Assembly (NCBI GenBank): GCA_038153405.1
Contig: JAYOYH010000003.1
Location: 113,353 to 177,352 of the forward strand
Direction: 5' to 3'
DNA: 64,000 bases
Origin: Gemmatimonadota bacterium
GTDB lineage: Bacteria > Latescibacterota > UBA2968 > UBA8231
Under the pieces are notes generated by a model that was given only the letters and a program-made list of their open reading frames with translations, searched no databases and was not told where the DNA came from. The position numbers and the translations under genes are program-made. Below, one piece after another: positions 1-8,966 of the stretch. The stretch's first letter is position 1. Each line of letters opens with the position of its first letter.

Positions 1-284
1 CGATTGGCGCCCTCGTTGCGGTAGAGCGCATTAGGTGCCAAGGGGGCCTGCGTCAATCCGGGGATGCGGCCGCCGTTGACCCAGTACAAGTCGAGCATGC
101 CATCGACATCGAAATCGATACAGGCCACACCCGAACCATAGGTTTCGGGCAGGTAGCGCATGCCTTCGGCGCCGTTCTGGTGTAGAAAAGAGACGCCGGC
201 CTCTGCGGCTATATCGACGAATTGCACCTGTCCAAATGCACTGCCAACAAACAGGCAAAGCCACGCTAAAGAGCGCGCCATCAT
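1..284 (-). CDS. CRTAC1/ASPIC-UnbV family FG-GAP protein, N-terminal part (runs off the window)
   Basis: Not in the ORF track. Manual translation from ATG 284: MMARSLAWLCLFVGSAFGQVQFVDIAAEAGVSFLHQNGAEGMRYLPETYGSGVACIDFDVDGMLDLYWVNG...NALYRNEG. Signal peptide plus the same N-terminal pattern as the neighbouring gene; ATGA overlap with that gene's stop. Confidence 0.85.
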   Translation of the reverse strand, partial: MMARSLAWLCLFVGSAFGQVQFVDIAAEAGVSFLHQNGAEGMRYLPETYGSGVACIDFDVDGMLDLYWVNGGRIPGLTQAPLAPNALYRNEGAN

Positions 285-2002
285 GGCCCATCACCGGCGG
301 CTGGTTCGACGCCGCCGCGGCCGGGCTCAATAGAGAGGATCTGGTTGGCCTGCACGTCGCGCAATACCTCGCGCCGACCGTCGGGCCAGCGCACCGTCAG
401 TCGATCGACGCGCTCGGCCTTGCCCAAGCCAAAGTGCAGCCGCATATCGTCCTGCGATATATAGCCCGTTCCCGAACGCACCTCGCGCAGTTGCGTGCGC
501 CCCCCCACTTCAGCCACGACGCGCGCTCCCACCGCCTGCCTATTGTCGCCGTCGCCAAGCAAGCGCACCATGAGCCAATTGTTGTCGTTGCCGCCGTCGT
601 TGCGCAGGACGGTAGGCTCATCGTCGATATTGACGACGACGATGTCGAGATCGCCGTCGTTGTCCAAATCGCCAACGGCGTGACCCCGGCTCGATTTTTC
701 CACGGCAAACCCCGGTCCCCGTCCCTTCCCGACCTCAGTAAAGGCCCCCGCCCGGTTTTCAAAGAGCTGGTTGCGCTGGGCGTAGGCCGTGCCGATATCG
801 TGGCGATCGACGGCCGGATAGACGTGGCCGTTTGCTACGAATAAATCGTCGTCGCCGTCGTTATCGTAATCGAAAAAACCGGTCCCCCAGCCCAGATAGG
901 TAATGCTTTCTTTGCCCAGAGACGTCGTAAAGCTGGCATCGGTAAAAAAACCGCGGCCGTTGTTTTGATAGAGCGTATTGTTATCGTGGGAAAAGTTGGT
1001 AACAAAGAGATCGAGATCGCCGTCGCCGTCGTAGTCGCCGCTGGCCAACCCCATGCCCCCCTGCTCTCTGCCGTCCTCGCTGTAAGCGGACGCCGTTATC
1101 AGCGCGACATCGCTAAAGCGACCGCCGTCGTTGCGATAGAGCGAATTGGGCGTCGAATCGTTGGCGATGTATATATCCAGATCGCCGTCGTTGTCGTAAT
1201 CGCCGGCCAGCGCGGCAAAGCCGTAGTAGTCGTGCGGCTCTAACCCAAATTCTTCACTGGCATCGACAAAGTGCCAACCGCTTTCCCGCCCGTCGTTGCG
1301 ATAGAGTCGATCGGGCTCGCCCGGCATACCGCGCGGACCGTAAAAGACATTTATCCCGCGCCAATTGCAGAAGCTCATGTCGGCAGGCACGTACTCTGGA
1401 TCGAAATCTATGTAGTTGGTCAGATAGAAATCGAGGTCGCCATCGCCGTCGTAATCGCCAAAGGTCGCCGCTGAACTCCAGCCGGGAAAGTCTACTCCCA
1501 CTTGGGCGGCGACGTCGCGAAACGTGCCGTCGCCCATATTTTGGTAGAGCGCGTTGGGGCCGTAATTAGACAGATACACATCGCTGTGGCCATCGGCGTT
1601 AAAGTCGACGACGGTGACGCCCATGCCCCAACCGATATGGGCAATGCCCGCCTTTTCTGCAACGTCGACAAAGCGCCAGTCTCCCTCGTTGCGAAACAGC
1701 GCCGCGCGCGGTTCCCGGCCAGCGGGATAGCCCTGCAAGCGCGAACCATTGACCATAAAAAGGTCCAGATCGCCGTCGCCGTCGTAATCAAAAAGGGCGG
1801 TGCCACCCGTATTGCACTCGACGATATGTTCTTTTTCCGGCGTGCCAGAAACCATTCTGTGAACGATGCCCACTTCGACTGCCACGTCGTAAAACTGCGG
1901 ACCGGTTCCTATTTCCGTTCCCGAATCGGTCTTCTCTTCAGCACATCCGATTGCCAACAACAATAGCGCCACACCGCCAATCCGCGCATTCCATCGCATC
2001 AC
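281..2002 (-). CDS. CRTAC1 family lipoprotein (FG-GAP/VCBS repeats plus C-terminal ASPIC/UnbV domain)
   Basis: Lipobox LLAIGC; repeated GDYDxDGDLD(L/I/F) motifs; C-terminal GTGYISQDDMRLHFGLG...VRWPDG ASPIC/UnbV signature. Confidence 0.9.
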   Translation of the reverse strand: MMRWNARIGGVALLLLAIGCAEEKTDSGTEIGTGPQFYDVAVEVGIVHRMVSGTPEKEHIVECNTGGTALFDYDGDGDLDLFMVNGSRLQGYPAGREPRAALFRNEGDWRFVDVAEKAGIAHIGWGMGVTVVDFNADGHSDVYLSNYGPNALYQNMGDGTFRDVAAQVGVDFPGWSSAATFGDYDGDGDLDFYLTNYIDFDPEYVPADMSFCNWRGINVFYGPRGMPGEPDRLYRNDGRESGWHFVDASEEFGLEPHDYYGFAALAGDYDNDGDLDIYIANDSTPNSLYRNDGGRFSDVALITASAYSEDGREQGGMGLASGDYDGDGDLDLFVTNFSHDNNTLYQNNGRGFFTDASFTTSLGKESITYLGWGTGFFDYDNDGDDDLFVANGHVYPAVDRHDIGTAYAQRNQLFENRAGAFTEVGKGRGPGFAVEKSSRGHAVGDLDNDGDLDIVVVNIDDEPTVLRNDGGNDNNWLMVRLLGDGDNRQAVGARVVAEVGGRTQLREVRSGTGYISQDDMRLHFGLGKAERVDRLTVRWPDGRREVLRDVQANQILSIEPGRGGVEPAAGDGP

Positions 2003-3258
2003 TGAATTCCCTTCCCTGCAATCTCCACTGCGCGCTGACGCGCCGACCTACCCGCTTCAATTTGTCCCTGCTGTATGAGTGCCGTGCCCAACCCGTGCAG
2101 CGCTTCGGCCAGAGTATCATCCGTGACCAATGCACTTCGAAATGCGGCTTCGGCCAGAGCGTATTCTCCCCGCACCAGATAGCTATTTCCCCTGTTTTTA
2201 TGCGCAAGGCCGTAGTCGGGTTTGAGGGCAACCGCTTTGTTAAAATGGTTTAGGGCTTCTTCGTGCTGACCCTTTAGCGAAAAGACAACGCCGAGATTGT
2301 GCTGGGCTTCTGCATACGTCGAATCGGCCGTTACTGCCGCACCAAACTGCGCCAGTGCCCCATCCCACTGTTCTCGCCTTAGGTAGACCAACCCCAGATT
2401 GAAGTGGCCCGCCGCTCGCTCCGCTTCCGCTAGCGGTCGACTTCCGCGATAGAGCAGTCGCCGATAGTGATCCTCGTCCATATCAGAGCTGCTCAACCGC
2501 TGGAATAGTTCGATCATCTGCTGCCCCTCGTCAACGCGACCGGTGCGCGCATAGAGCGTCCCCAGACTATAATAGGCTTCGGTGTAGGATGGATCGGCCT
2601 CGATCGTTTGTTCCATAGCGGCAATCGCCTTGGTATCGTTCTGGCGCCGCAGATAGATCAGCGCCAAATAATAGTGGGCATGGGCGCTGCTCGGATCGAG
2701 ATCAATCGATTGTTTCAACGCCGTTTCTGCGCGATCGTTTTCCCCACGAGAACAGAGAATAAACCCCTCGACAAAATGTCCGTAGGCATTGCCTGGGGCT
2801 AACGCCAAACCGCGCTCGGCAGCCTGCAGCGCTTCGTCGAATCCGTCGCCGCGCTCGTTGTAGAGCAGAGCCAACGCCCAGTGGGCATCTGCCAAGCCGG
2901 GTGCCAGTTGGAGAGCTCGCTTAAAAGAGGCGATGGCCTCCGTCTTCAGGTGTTCCTTTGCCTGGGCCACTCCCAGGTAAAAATGGGCATCGGGATCTTC
3001 GGGCAACCGTTCGACCAAACGCGCAAACACCTCGCGTGCCGCGCGGGTACGACCCTCTTGGAGATAGAGCCAACCCAATTCATACTGGGACGGCGACGGA
3101 CCGGACGAACGGCTTTTTTCGTACTCCTCCAGCGCCGCCGTTGGCCTGATCGGCCTCAGTTCATAAGGCGCTTCCGCCGAGCAGCCAATGATCCAACAGG
3201 TCGCTAATCCAACCAGCAGATAGGCATAGGTATAGAGCGATAAATTGCGTTTTCTCAT
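1999..3258 (-). CDS. Tetratricopeptide-repeat lipoprotein
   Basis: Many TPR units (AHFYLG, AHYYLA, AYYSLG, AQHNLG); putative lipobox WIIGC. Start trimmed to ATG 3258 (MRKRNLSL). Confidence 0.85.
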   Translation of the reverse strand: MRKRNLSLYTYAYLLVGLATCWIIGCSAEAPYELRPIRPTAALEEYEKSRSSGPSPSQYELGWLYLQEGRTRAAREVFARLVERLPEDPDAHFYLGVAQAKEHLKTEAIASFKRALQLAPGLADAHWALALLYNERGDGFDEALQAAERGLALAPGNAYGHFVEGFILCSRGENDRAETALKQSIDLDPSSAHAHYYLALIYLRRQNDTKAIAAMEQTIEADPSYTEAYYSLGTLYARTGRVDEGQQMIELFQRLSSSDMDEDHYRRLLYRGSRPLAEAERAAGHFNLGLVYLRREQWDGALAQFGAAVTADSTYAEAQHNLGVVFSLKGQHEEALNHFNKAVALKPDYGLAHKNRGNSYLVRGEYALAEAAFRSALVTDDTLAEALHGLGTALIQQGQIEAGRSARQRAVEIAGKGIQ

Positions 3259-3300
3259 CAAGTAGAAAATACTCGCTATTGGCCGACAGACAACAACAAG

Positions 3301-3330
3301 CGTCCGACCTCCCCGAGAGGAGGCCGGACG
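3301..3330 (-). terminator. GC-rich stem-loop between the 878-aa gene and the TPR gene
   Basis: CGTCCGACCTCC-ccgaga-GGAGGCCGGACG, a 12-bp inverted repeat with one mismatch; no clear U-tract. Confidence 0.45.
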
Positions 3331-3372
3331 CTTGCGCAAGGTATGGCTAATGGGTGAAGATTAGCGGAAGGT

Positions 3373-6006
3373 CTACTGCTGCAAACCGGCGAAGACGCGG
3401 ATGAAAACAATCGAGTTCGTCTCCGTTGCTTCTGCAAAAGCGCGCCGCTCCCAACGGAAACCGGTATTCATTGTCAGCGAGTAGCCTAAGTATGCCGACT
3501 GATTCGACAATTGGAACGCCAACACAGTACCGGTAAAATCGTCGACGTAGCCCGGAGGCAGGATCTCGGGACGCTCTTCCAGGTTGCGGAAAAGGTTCCA
3601 TTCGACACCGTATTCCAAGAAGGTCGTCGGCAGGATATAGTACTTGGAGGTCAGCATGTAAAACTGCGACCACTCCGAAATATCCAATTCCGTGCTGAAG
3701 GTCGGATTGATTTTGCGGTAGATGCTCTTCCAACGCGGCCAGAACGAAAGATTGTCGGTAATCGGCAAGGGATAGTCGACCTTGTTGATTACGCCGAGAA
3801 AAAGGCGATCGCTTTTCGCCTCGGCTTCGTCACCGCGCTGCTTAAAGAAGTCGTATTTGACCTTGTTGTATACGTTGAGATTCTTCAGGCGCAAATAATC
3901 CAAGGTCAAATAGCCGGTATAAACAAAGGTGTCCTGCGTAATAAGGGGATCGACCACTTCGGTAAATCCATCCGGATCGACCCACTGAATCACATCGTCG
4001 GCAATATCGTCCTGGACGGAACGCACATATTGGAAAACGCGGGCGTCGATACCGGGCCAATTCCATCGCCCGGTGGCGATGGCGTAATTCATAGCGGCCG
4101 TGCGCTTGCTGCTGATCTCGTCCATGGCCGAACGGCCGACGGTCAGCTTGACGTGTTCGTTGAGAAATGCGCCGCCGTAGACGTTGTACCCATCGCGATC
4201 CTGTCGGTAGGGATAGTCAGCATAAACGTCGTTTTCAAAGCGGTCGATGACGTTGTTGTTGTTCATATCAACGCCAAAGAGGAACTCGGGTGGATCGACG
4301 TTATAGCGCAGAAACGGCTCGGCAAAATCGGGCAGGCCGTTAGAGTTCTGGTTAAAGTCAGAAATAAAGTCCGAGTTCTCATCGTATCCGGGAAAGACCT
4401 GAGGATCGGCTTGTCCACCGATGCCAAAGGGCGATTCACCGAAGGCAAAGTCGCCATTCTGCCACAGGCGCTTCCAGTCGGGAAAGCGATCCTGGTCATC
4501 GTTATCGTCGACCGCTTCAAACGTGTAGCGATCCGGCTGCTCGTAGTCGACAAAGCCGCGGGCATCCGTTATAAAGGCATTGGTTCGATATTCGGGCTCC
4601 ATGCGGTAGAGTTCGCCGTAGGCAAACCAAGGATAAGCATCCTGTGAAGCGGTCAGGTAGTAGGCCATGCCCTCGTCTTCAGCCAGTTCGTGCTCCTGAA
4701 AGTTCTGGTTTGGAAAGCGGCGATAGTCGCGGCTCATCGCCACTTCCGAGCGCAGATTAAACCCTTTTACATCGTCAATATCGAAACTGAGACCGATGAT
4801 GTCCTTGCCGGTAGGCAAGCCGTACTCAAAGCGGATAAAGCGCTGGTTCGAGCCGTCGCTGACGTTGCCGTGAGCGCGTTCGACCATCAGGAAAACCGGT
4901 TCGCCCTGACTGTTGACCTGCAAGTTGGAGGTAATATCGATGCGGTAGTCGTTGGCAATAACCAGTTCGAATTCGATTTTCTGAATTTCCTGGAACGTGG
5001 TTATCTGATCATCGGGCTGCTGGCGGAAGTCGCGCGAAATATTGTACGTGAGTTCAAGCGTCTCGGCGCCGTCTGCTTCAATAACCCCGGCACGGCGGAC
5101 CCCGCCGCGCGGCGAAGGAACGATTTCGGGGTGATCAACGCCGTTGATAATAATGCGCTCGGCAAAAAGCTGGGCACCGCCGTCGCCGTCCTCAGGAGAG
5201 TCGTCGGAAAGGCGCAAGACGATGGTCTCTACGTTACCGCCGTTCTGCGCCTCGGTCAGCACGCCCTTCAGCGAGTTGTCCCCCAATTTACGCCCCGTTG
5301 CAAAGTTCGATACGTTGAGGTAGGTCAGGCCAAGGTTAGAGAAATCGCCCAACTGAACTTTGGAATGGATGCCGAAGAGGTTGGTCATATCGCCGAGAAT
5401 TTGCCCCGTTGAATTCTCAAACTGAATCCGCGTGCCCGGCGATGCAAGCCGCGAGGCGATGATCGTCGTCTGGTATTTGTCTGAGGCGAAATCCCACTGC
5501 AAGCCGTTAAAGGCCGGCTTGGAAAAGGTCAGCGGAGTAAGGGTCGAGCGAATGGCTTCGCCAATGGTCATCGACGAGTAGAACTGTCCTTTGGACATCG
5601 AGGAAACGACCATATTGCTAAACCAAGAGGAGTACTTGGGCCCCTTGCGCACAATACTGCCCGACGTCGTCGGACTATCGATCGTCCAGTCAAAAATCTC
5701 AAAGCCACGCGTTATATAGTTGCCGTACATGTCGTAGGTGCGAAAGCCTTCCAGTTCGGTCGACACGTAGCGCTCGTAATTTTCGCGGGCGTAGTTGCTG
5801 TATTCTTCACCGGTCCAGCGATAGAAGTTGTACAGGCTCTGGGGATATTGCCACTTTCTCACCGACGGCGTCATCGCCATATCGTAGACATCCACACCAT
5901 GTGGCTCTCGCCCTGTGACGAAGCCGAGGCGCTGTGCGTATACGCTGTCGCCCAACAGGACGACACCGATAACGGCAACGTAAAAAGCGCGTAACAAACA
6001 CCTCAC
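3373..6006 (-). CDS. Large secreted protein, probably an outer-membrane beta-barrel with Asp-rich Ca-binding loops; function unknown
   Basis: GTG 6006 after RBS AGGGAGG; signal peptide ending VYA-Q; Asp/Asn motifs DDNDDQDRFPD, DENSDFISDFNQNSNGLPD, DMNNNNVID; C-terminal third has alternating aromatic beta-strand patterns. Confidence 0.65.
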   Translation of the reverse strand: MRCLLRAFYVAVIGVVLLGDSVYAQRLGFVTGREPHGVDVYDMAMTPSVRKWQYPQSLYNFYRWTGEEYSNYARENYERYVSTELEGFRTYDMYGNYITRGFEIFDWTIDSPTTSGSIVRKGPKYSSWFSNMVVSSMSKGQFYSSMTIGEAIRSTLTPLTFSKPAFNGLQWDFASDKYQTTIIASRLASPGTRIQFENSTGQILGDMTNLFGIHSKVQLGDFSNLGLTYLNVSNFATGRKLGDNSLKGVLTEAQNGGNVETIVLRLSDDSPEDGDGGAQLFAERIIINGVDHPEIVPSPRGGVRRAGVIEADGAETLELTYNISRDFRQQPDDQITTFQEIQKIEFELVIANDYRIDITSNLQVNSQGEPVFLMVERAHGNVSDGSNQRFIRFEYGLPTGKDIIGLSFDIDDVKGFNLRSEVAMSRDYRRFPNQNFQEHELAEDEGMAYYLTASQDAYPWFAYGELYRMEPEYRTNAFITDARGFVDYEQPDRYTFEAVDDNDDQDRFPDWKRLWQNGDFAFGESPFGIGGQADPQVFPGYDENSDFISDFNQNSNGLPDFAEPFLRYNVDPPEFLFGVDMNNNNVIDRFENDVYADYPYRQDRDGYNVYGGAFLNEHVKLTVGRSAMDEISSKRTAAMNYAIATGRWNWPGIDARVFQYVRSVQDDIADDVIQWVDPDGFTEVVDPLITQDTFVYTGYLTLDYLRLKNLNVYNKVKYDFFKQRGDEAEAKSDRLFLGVINKVDYPLPITDNLSFWPRWKSIYRKINPTFSTELDISEWSQFYMLTSKYYILPTTFLEYGVEWNLFRNLEERPEILPPGYVDDFTGTVLAFQLSNQSAYLGYSLTMNTGFRWERRAFAEATETNSIVFIRVFAGLQQ

Positions 6007-6055
6007 GATGGGACCCTCCCTCTTTATGGATCGTTTATCTTTCAAGAGCACTTCA

Positions 6056-8026
6056 TCAGTAAGCCACGGCGATGGTGCCCATGCGCACAAAATCGCCTAT
6101 GCCGCTCTGAACCTCCAACACGACCAGATAATTGCCCGGGGGAACCGCTTCGCCCGCTCCATTTTTCCCATCCCAGGACTCCGTATAGATTCCGCCTACC
6201 TGATCGCGATCAACTAATGTGCGAATGAGCCTGCCCGCCAAGTCGTATATGGCCACTTTGATCGGCTTGGGCTCCGAGATCTGGATCACCGTGTACTCGA
6301 TATCGATTGCATCGTTTACGCCGTCGCCATTGGGCGTAAATACAGGCGGATCAAACGCAACGCCGCGCACAATCTCGCCCACCGATTCTTGGGTAAGCGC
6401 CACGCGCAGAGAGTTCGTAGATACGTCGAAATTGGCATCGCCTTCGAGCACGGGCTGGCCGAGAATATCCGATTGGGTATCCCATACCGTGCCGGTGAAA
6501 ATGGTGCCAAATACCACGGCAGACCCGCGGAACAGCACGCGCAGGGGCACGTTGTTGTCGAAGTCTATGCGATTTTGCGTAAAAATCACTTCGAGACCGT
6601 CTTCTGCAGCGGTAACCCGATCCGGCTGTACTGTCTGCAAGGGGCTGCCCATTTGTAACTCGACGAATTCAGCCGGGGTGGGCGTATCGATGCGCAGTGC
6701 ATCAAAGCCATTTTCCGATGGATCTAGTATCGTTGCGCGTATGTCGTAGGCGAACAACACCTCTTCTCCACCGTCTATACTCGGCAACACCACGGCATCG
6801 TCTTTATCGATAACGCCAATATTAACCGGGGGATTCGGATCATCGGCTAGGGAAATCTCGCCGACGACAGCGGCGGCGGGCGGAATCGAATGCTCTATTA
6901 CGAGCGAGTCGATGCGCGCAGTTTGTGCCACCGATTCACTTTCCATCACGATTTGCAGTTGGAAATACGGACGCGGACTGGGCAGCGGGATGCGCTGCCC
7001 CGACGTCAGCGGCAGCGACCAGGCGCTCCAATTTTCCGTATCCTCTTCAATGCTGCCCTTCTCGCCCGAAGGCAGCGAATTGTAGTCCGACTCGCTTACG
7101 ACGACCTGACTCACCGCGCGCGTATTCTCGTCAATAACGCGCTTGTAGTGGATGAGCGGACTGTCATCGAGACCCGTTTTCATGCGGATGGCGACCGACG
7201 TAGCACCGCCATCGGCGACCTCGATCAGCTGGCCGTCGATCAGTTCAAGGGTGCGCGTTGCCCACGAAATGGCTCCGTAGTTTGATACGCTGCCCAAATT
7301 GACGACGTTGCTGACGTAGGTCGCACGCGGGACGAATCCGTTGCCGTAGAGCTCGAATTCGGCCAGTTCAAATGGGTTGCGCGACCCCACGCGCAGGCGG
7401 ATAAAGCGTATGAACTGCTGGGGGAACTTCATAGCGAAGACGCTGTTGGGATTGACCGGAATATCGCGCAGCAGCGAAAAGAGCGGCTGTTCGTTAACGT
7501 AGGACACTCCGTCGCTGACGAAGACCGTATGCTTGCGCACGAAATCCTCGGCATAGGGACGCCCGTTGGCCGTCGTCCCCTCCTGGCGAGGATAGAAGCG
7601 CAAACTGTCGGCCGGCACGCGCGAGCCCAAATCAAAGACAAATGCGCGACCGTCTTGGTCAACGCCGGCGCGCTTAAAAAGATCCTCGGTAGACGTCAAC
7701 CCATCGCCGTCGACAATGCGCAGCGCGTCGGAGCTTTGAAAGGCGGTATTATCCCACAGCGCCGCATCGCCTTCGCTCACGACGTCGTTGGGCTTTCCAT
7801 AGCTCCATTTGAGCGTCGCGATGATGTTTTCATCGGGAGTAAAACCGCGAATCTGGATCGAACCGGGATTCGACCGATCGTCAACTTGCGCCCGCACCTG
7901 AACGATATCGCCCCACCGGATGCCGCTACTACCCCCCAATATCCACTGGTCTGCCCGCGCCGATGCCGTTACCAGCATCGCACCCAACCCCGCCAGAAGC
8001 GCCAAGCGATAGGTTGAAAAGCCCAT
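6056..8026 (-). CDS. Secreted protein with C-terminal FlgD-Ig / T9SS-like sorting domain
   Basis: Signal peptide (ASARA-D); C-terminus FTPNGDGVND...IYDLAGRLIRTL...WDGKNGAGEAVPPGNYLV. Confidence 0.8.
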   Translation of the reverse strand: MGFSTYRLALLAGLGAMLVTASARADQWILGGSSGIRWGDIVQVRAQVDDRSNPGSIQIRGFTPDENIIATLKWSYGKPNDVVSEGDAALWDNTAFQSSDALRIVDGDGLTSTEDLFKRAGVDQDGRAFVFDLGSRVPADSLRFYPRQEGTTANGRPYAEDFVRKHTVFVSDGVSYVNEQPLFSLLRDIPVNPNSVFAMKFPQQFIRFIRLRVGSRNPFELAEFELYGNGFVPRATYVSNVVNLGSVSNYGAISWATRTLELIDGQLIEVADGGATSVAIRMKTGLDDSPLIHYKRVIDENTRAVSQVVVSESDYNSLPSGEKGSIEEDTENWSAWSLPLTSGQRIPLPSPRPYFQLQIVMESESVAQTARIDSLVIEHSIPPAAAVVGEISLADDPNPPVNIGVIDKDDAVVLPSIDGGEEVLFAYDIRATILDPSENGFDALRIDTPTPAEFVELQMGSPLQTVQPDRVTAAEDGLEVIFTQNRIDFDNNVPLRVLFRGSAVVFGTIFTGTVWDTQSDILGQPVLEGDANFDVSTNSLRVALTQESVGEIVRGVAFDPPVFTPNGDGVNDAIDIEYTVIQISEPKPIKVAIYDLAGRLIRTLVDRDQVGGIYTESWDGKNGAGEAVPPGNYLVVLEVQSGIGDFVRMGTIAVAY

Positions 8027-8772
8027 TACTGAACCGCCTCGCGCGGTTGCAGCGCCATATATATCTCGCGGTCAAATTTGTATTCGAGATCGATTGTTTC
8101 GACGGGCTCACCCTTATAGTCAAAGCGAATCGCCACGTCGGATACCCGCACGGAAAAGGCCCCAACGTCGTTGTGCAGTGTGGGAAAGACGATGTAGCCG
8201 GACGTCTCTTGACCGCTAAACACCATGTCGGGCGGATAGACGGTGCGCATTAATTGGTCGGTAATCGCCTCGTAGGCGCGGCGCTGCGTCCCTGCATAGG
8301 CACGCAAATAGGGGCTGAAATAATCTTCGAGTAGGCCTTGGTCCAGCACTTCGTATACGCGATCATTGGCCGAGGTAATTACGAGCGCATCGGGATCCAA
8401 GAAAACCTTGGGATACTCGTAGTTCTTGACTTTCAGGAGCACGACGGTAAAGCGCTGCGGGGTCCAATCCTGCCCCCACGGCTTCCAATCGCCATAAGTA
8501 TAGGGATTGGTCGACTCTGCCCCGCGGTTCGAAGCCGATGCAAATTGGCGATTGAGAAAGTCGTCCCGGAGCACCTGTAGAGAAATTTCCAATCGATCTT
8601 TGGTGTAGACGATGGTTCCATCGTCGAGCACCGCCATACCTTCGTTTTGCGTCGATGCAGGCTCAGGCGCTGTCGCAAAGCGGCGCTGGCCAACCTGAGA
8701 CACACACCCCGTCAACGCGGCAGCCCAAGCGGCGATCAAGACCATATTGCAAACGATTTTCCGCACGTTCAT
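8026..8772 (-). CDS. Hypothetical lipoprotein
   Basis: ATG 8772 after AAAGGAAGG; lipobox ALTGC; stop abuts the next gene's start. Confidence 0.75.
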   Translation of the reverse strand: MNVRKIVCNMVLIAAWAAALTGCVSQVGQRRFATAPEPASTQNEGMAVLDDGTIVYTKDRLEISLQVLRDDFLNRQFASASNRGAESTNPYTYGDWKPWGQDWTPQRFTVVLLKVKNYEYPKVFLDPDALVITSANDRVYEVLDQGLLEDYFSPYLRAYAGTQRRAYEAITDQLMRTVYPPDMVFSGQETSGYIVFPTLHNDVGAFSVRVSDVAIRFDYKGEPVETIDLEYKFDREIYMALQPREAVQ

Positions 8773-8870
8773 GGAAAAAAGCCTTCCTTTTAGTCCCAAG
8801 CCCCACCGTTGCGCTCGGAGCATCTGGAAATTTCTCAGTCTGAATACAGTGGAGATAAACAGCAGCGATA

Positions 8871-8908
8871 GATAAAGAGAGATGAGGTCGCCCCCATCTC
8901 TCTTTATC
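8871..8908 (-). terminator. Intrinsic terminator or stabilising hairpin after the CBM9-like gene
   Basis: Perfect 14-bp inverted repeat GATAAAGAGAGATG...CATCTCTCTTTATC; on the minus strand the stem extends with a G-U pair to a GCGA (GNRA) loop; U-rich 3' arm. Confidence 0.7.
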
Positions 8909-8966
8909 CACACCCAAAGAGCCTATAGTGACATTGCTCTCAATACAGGCTTCAAGGTCTCAGACC

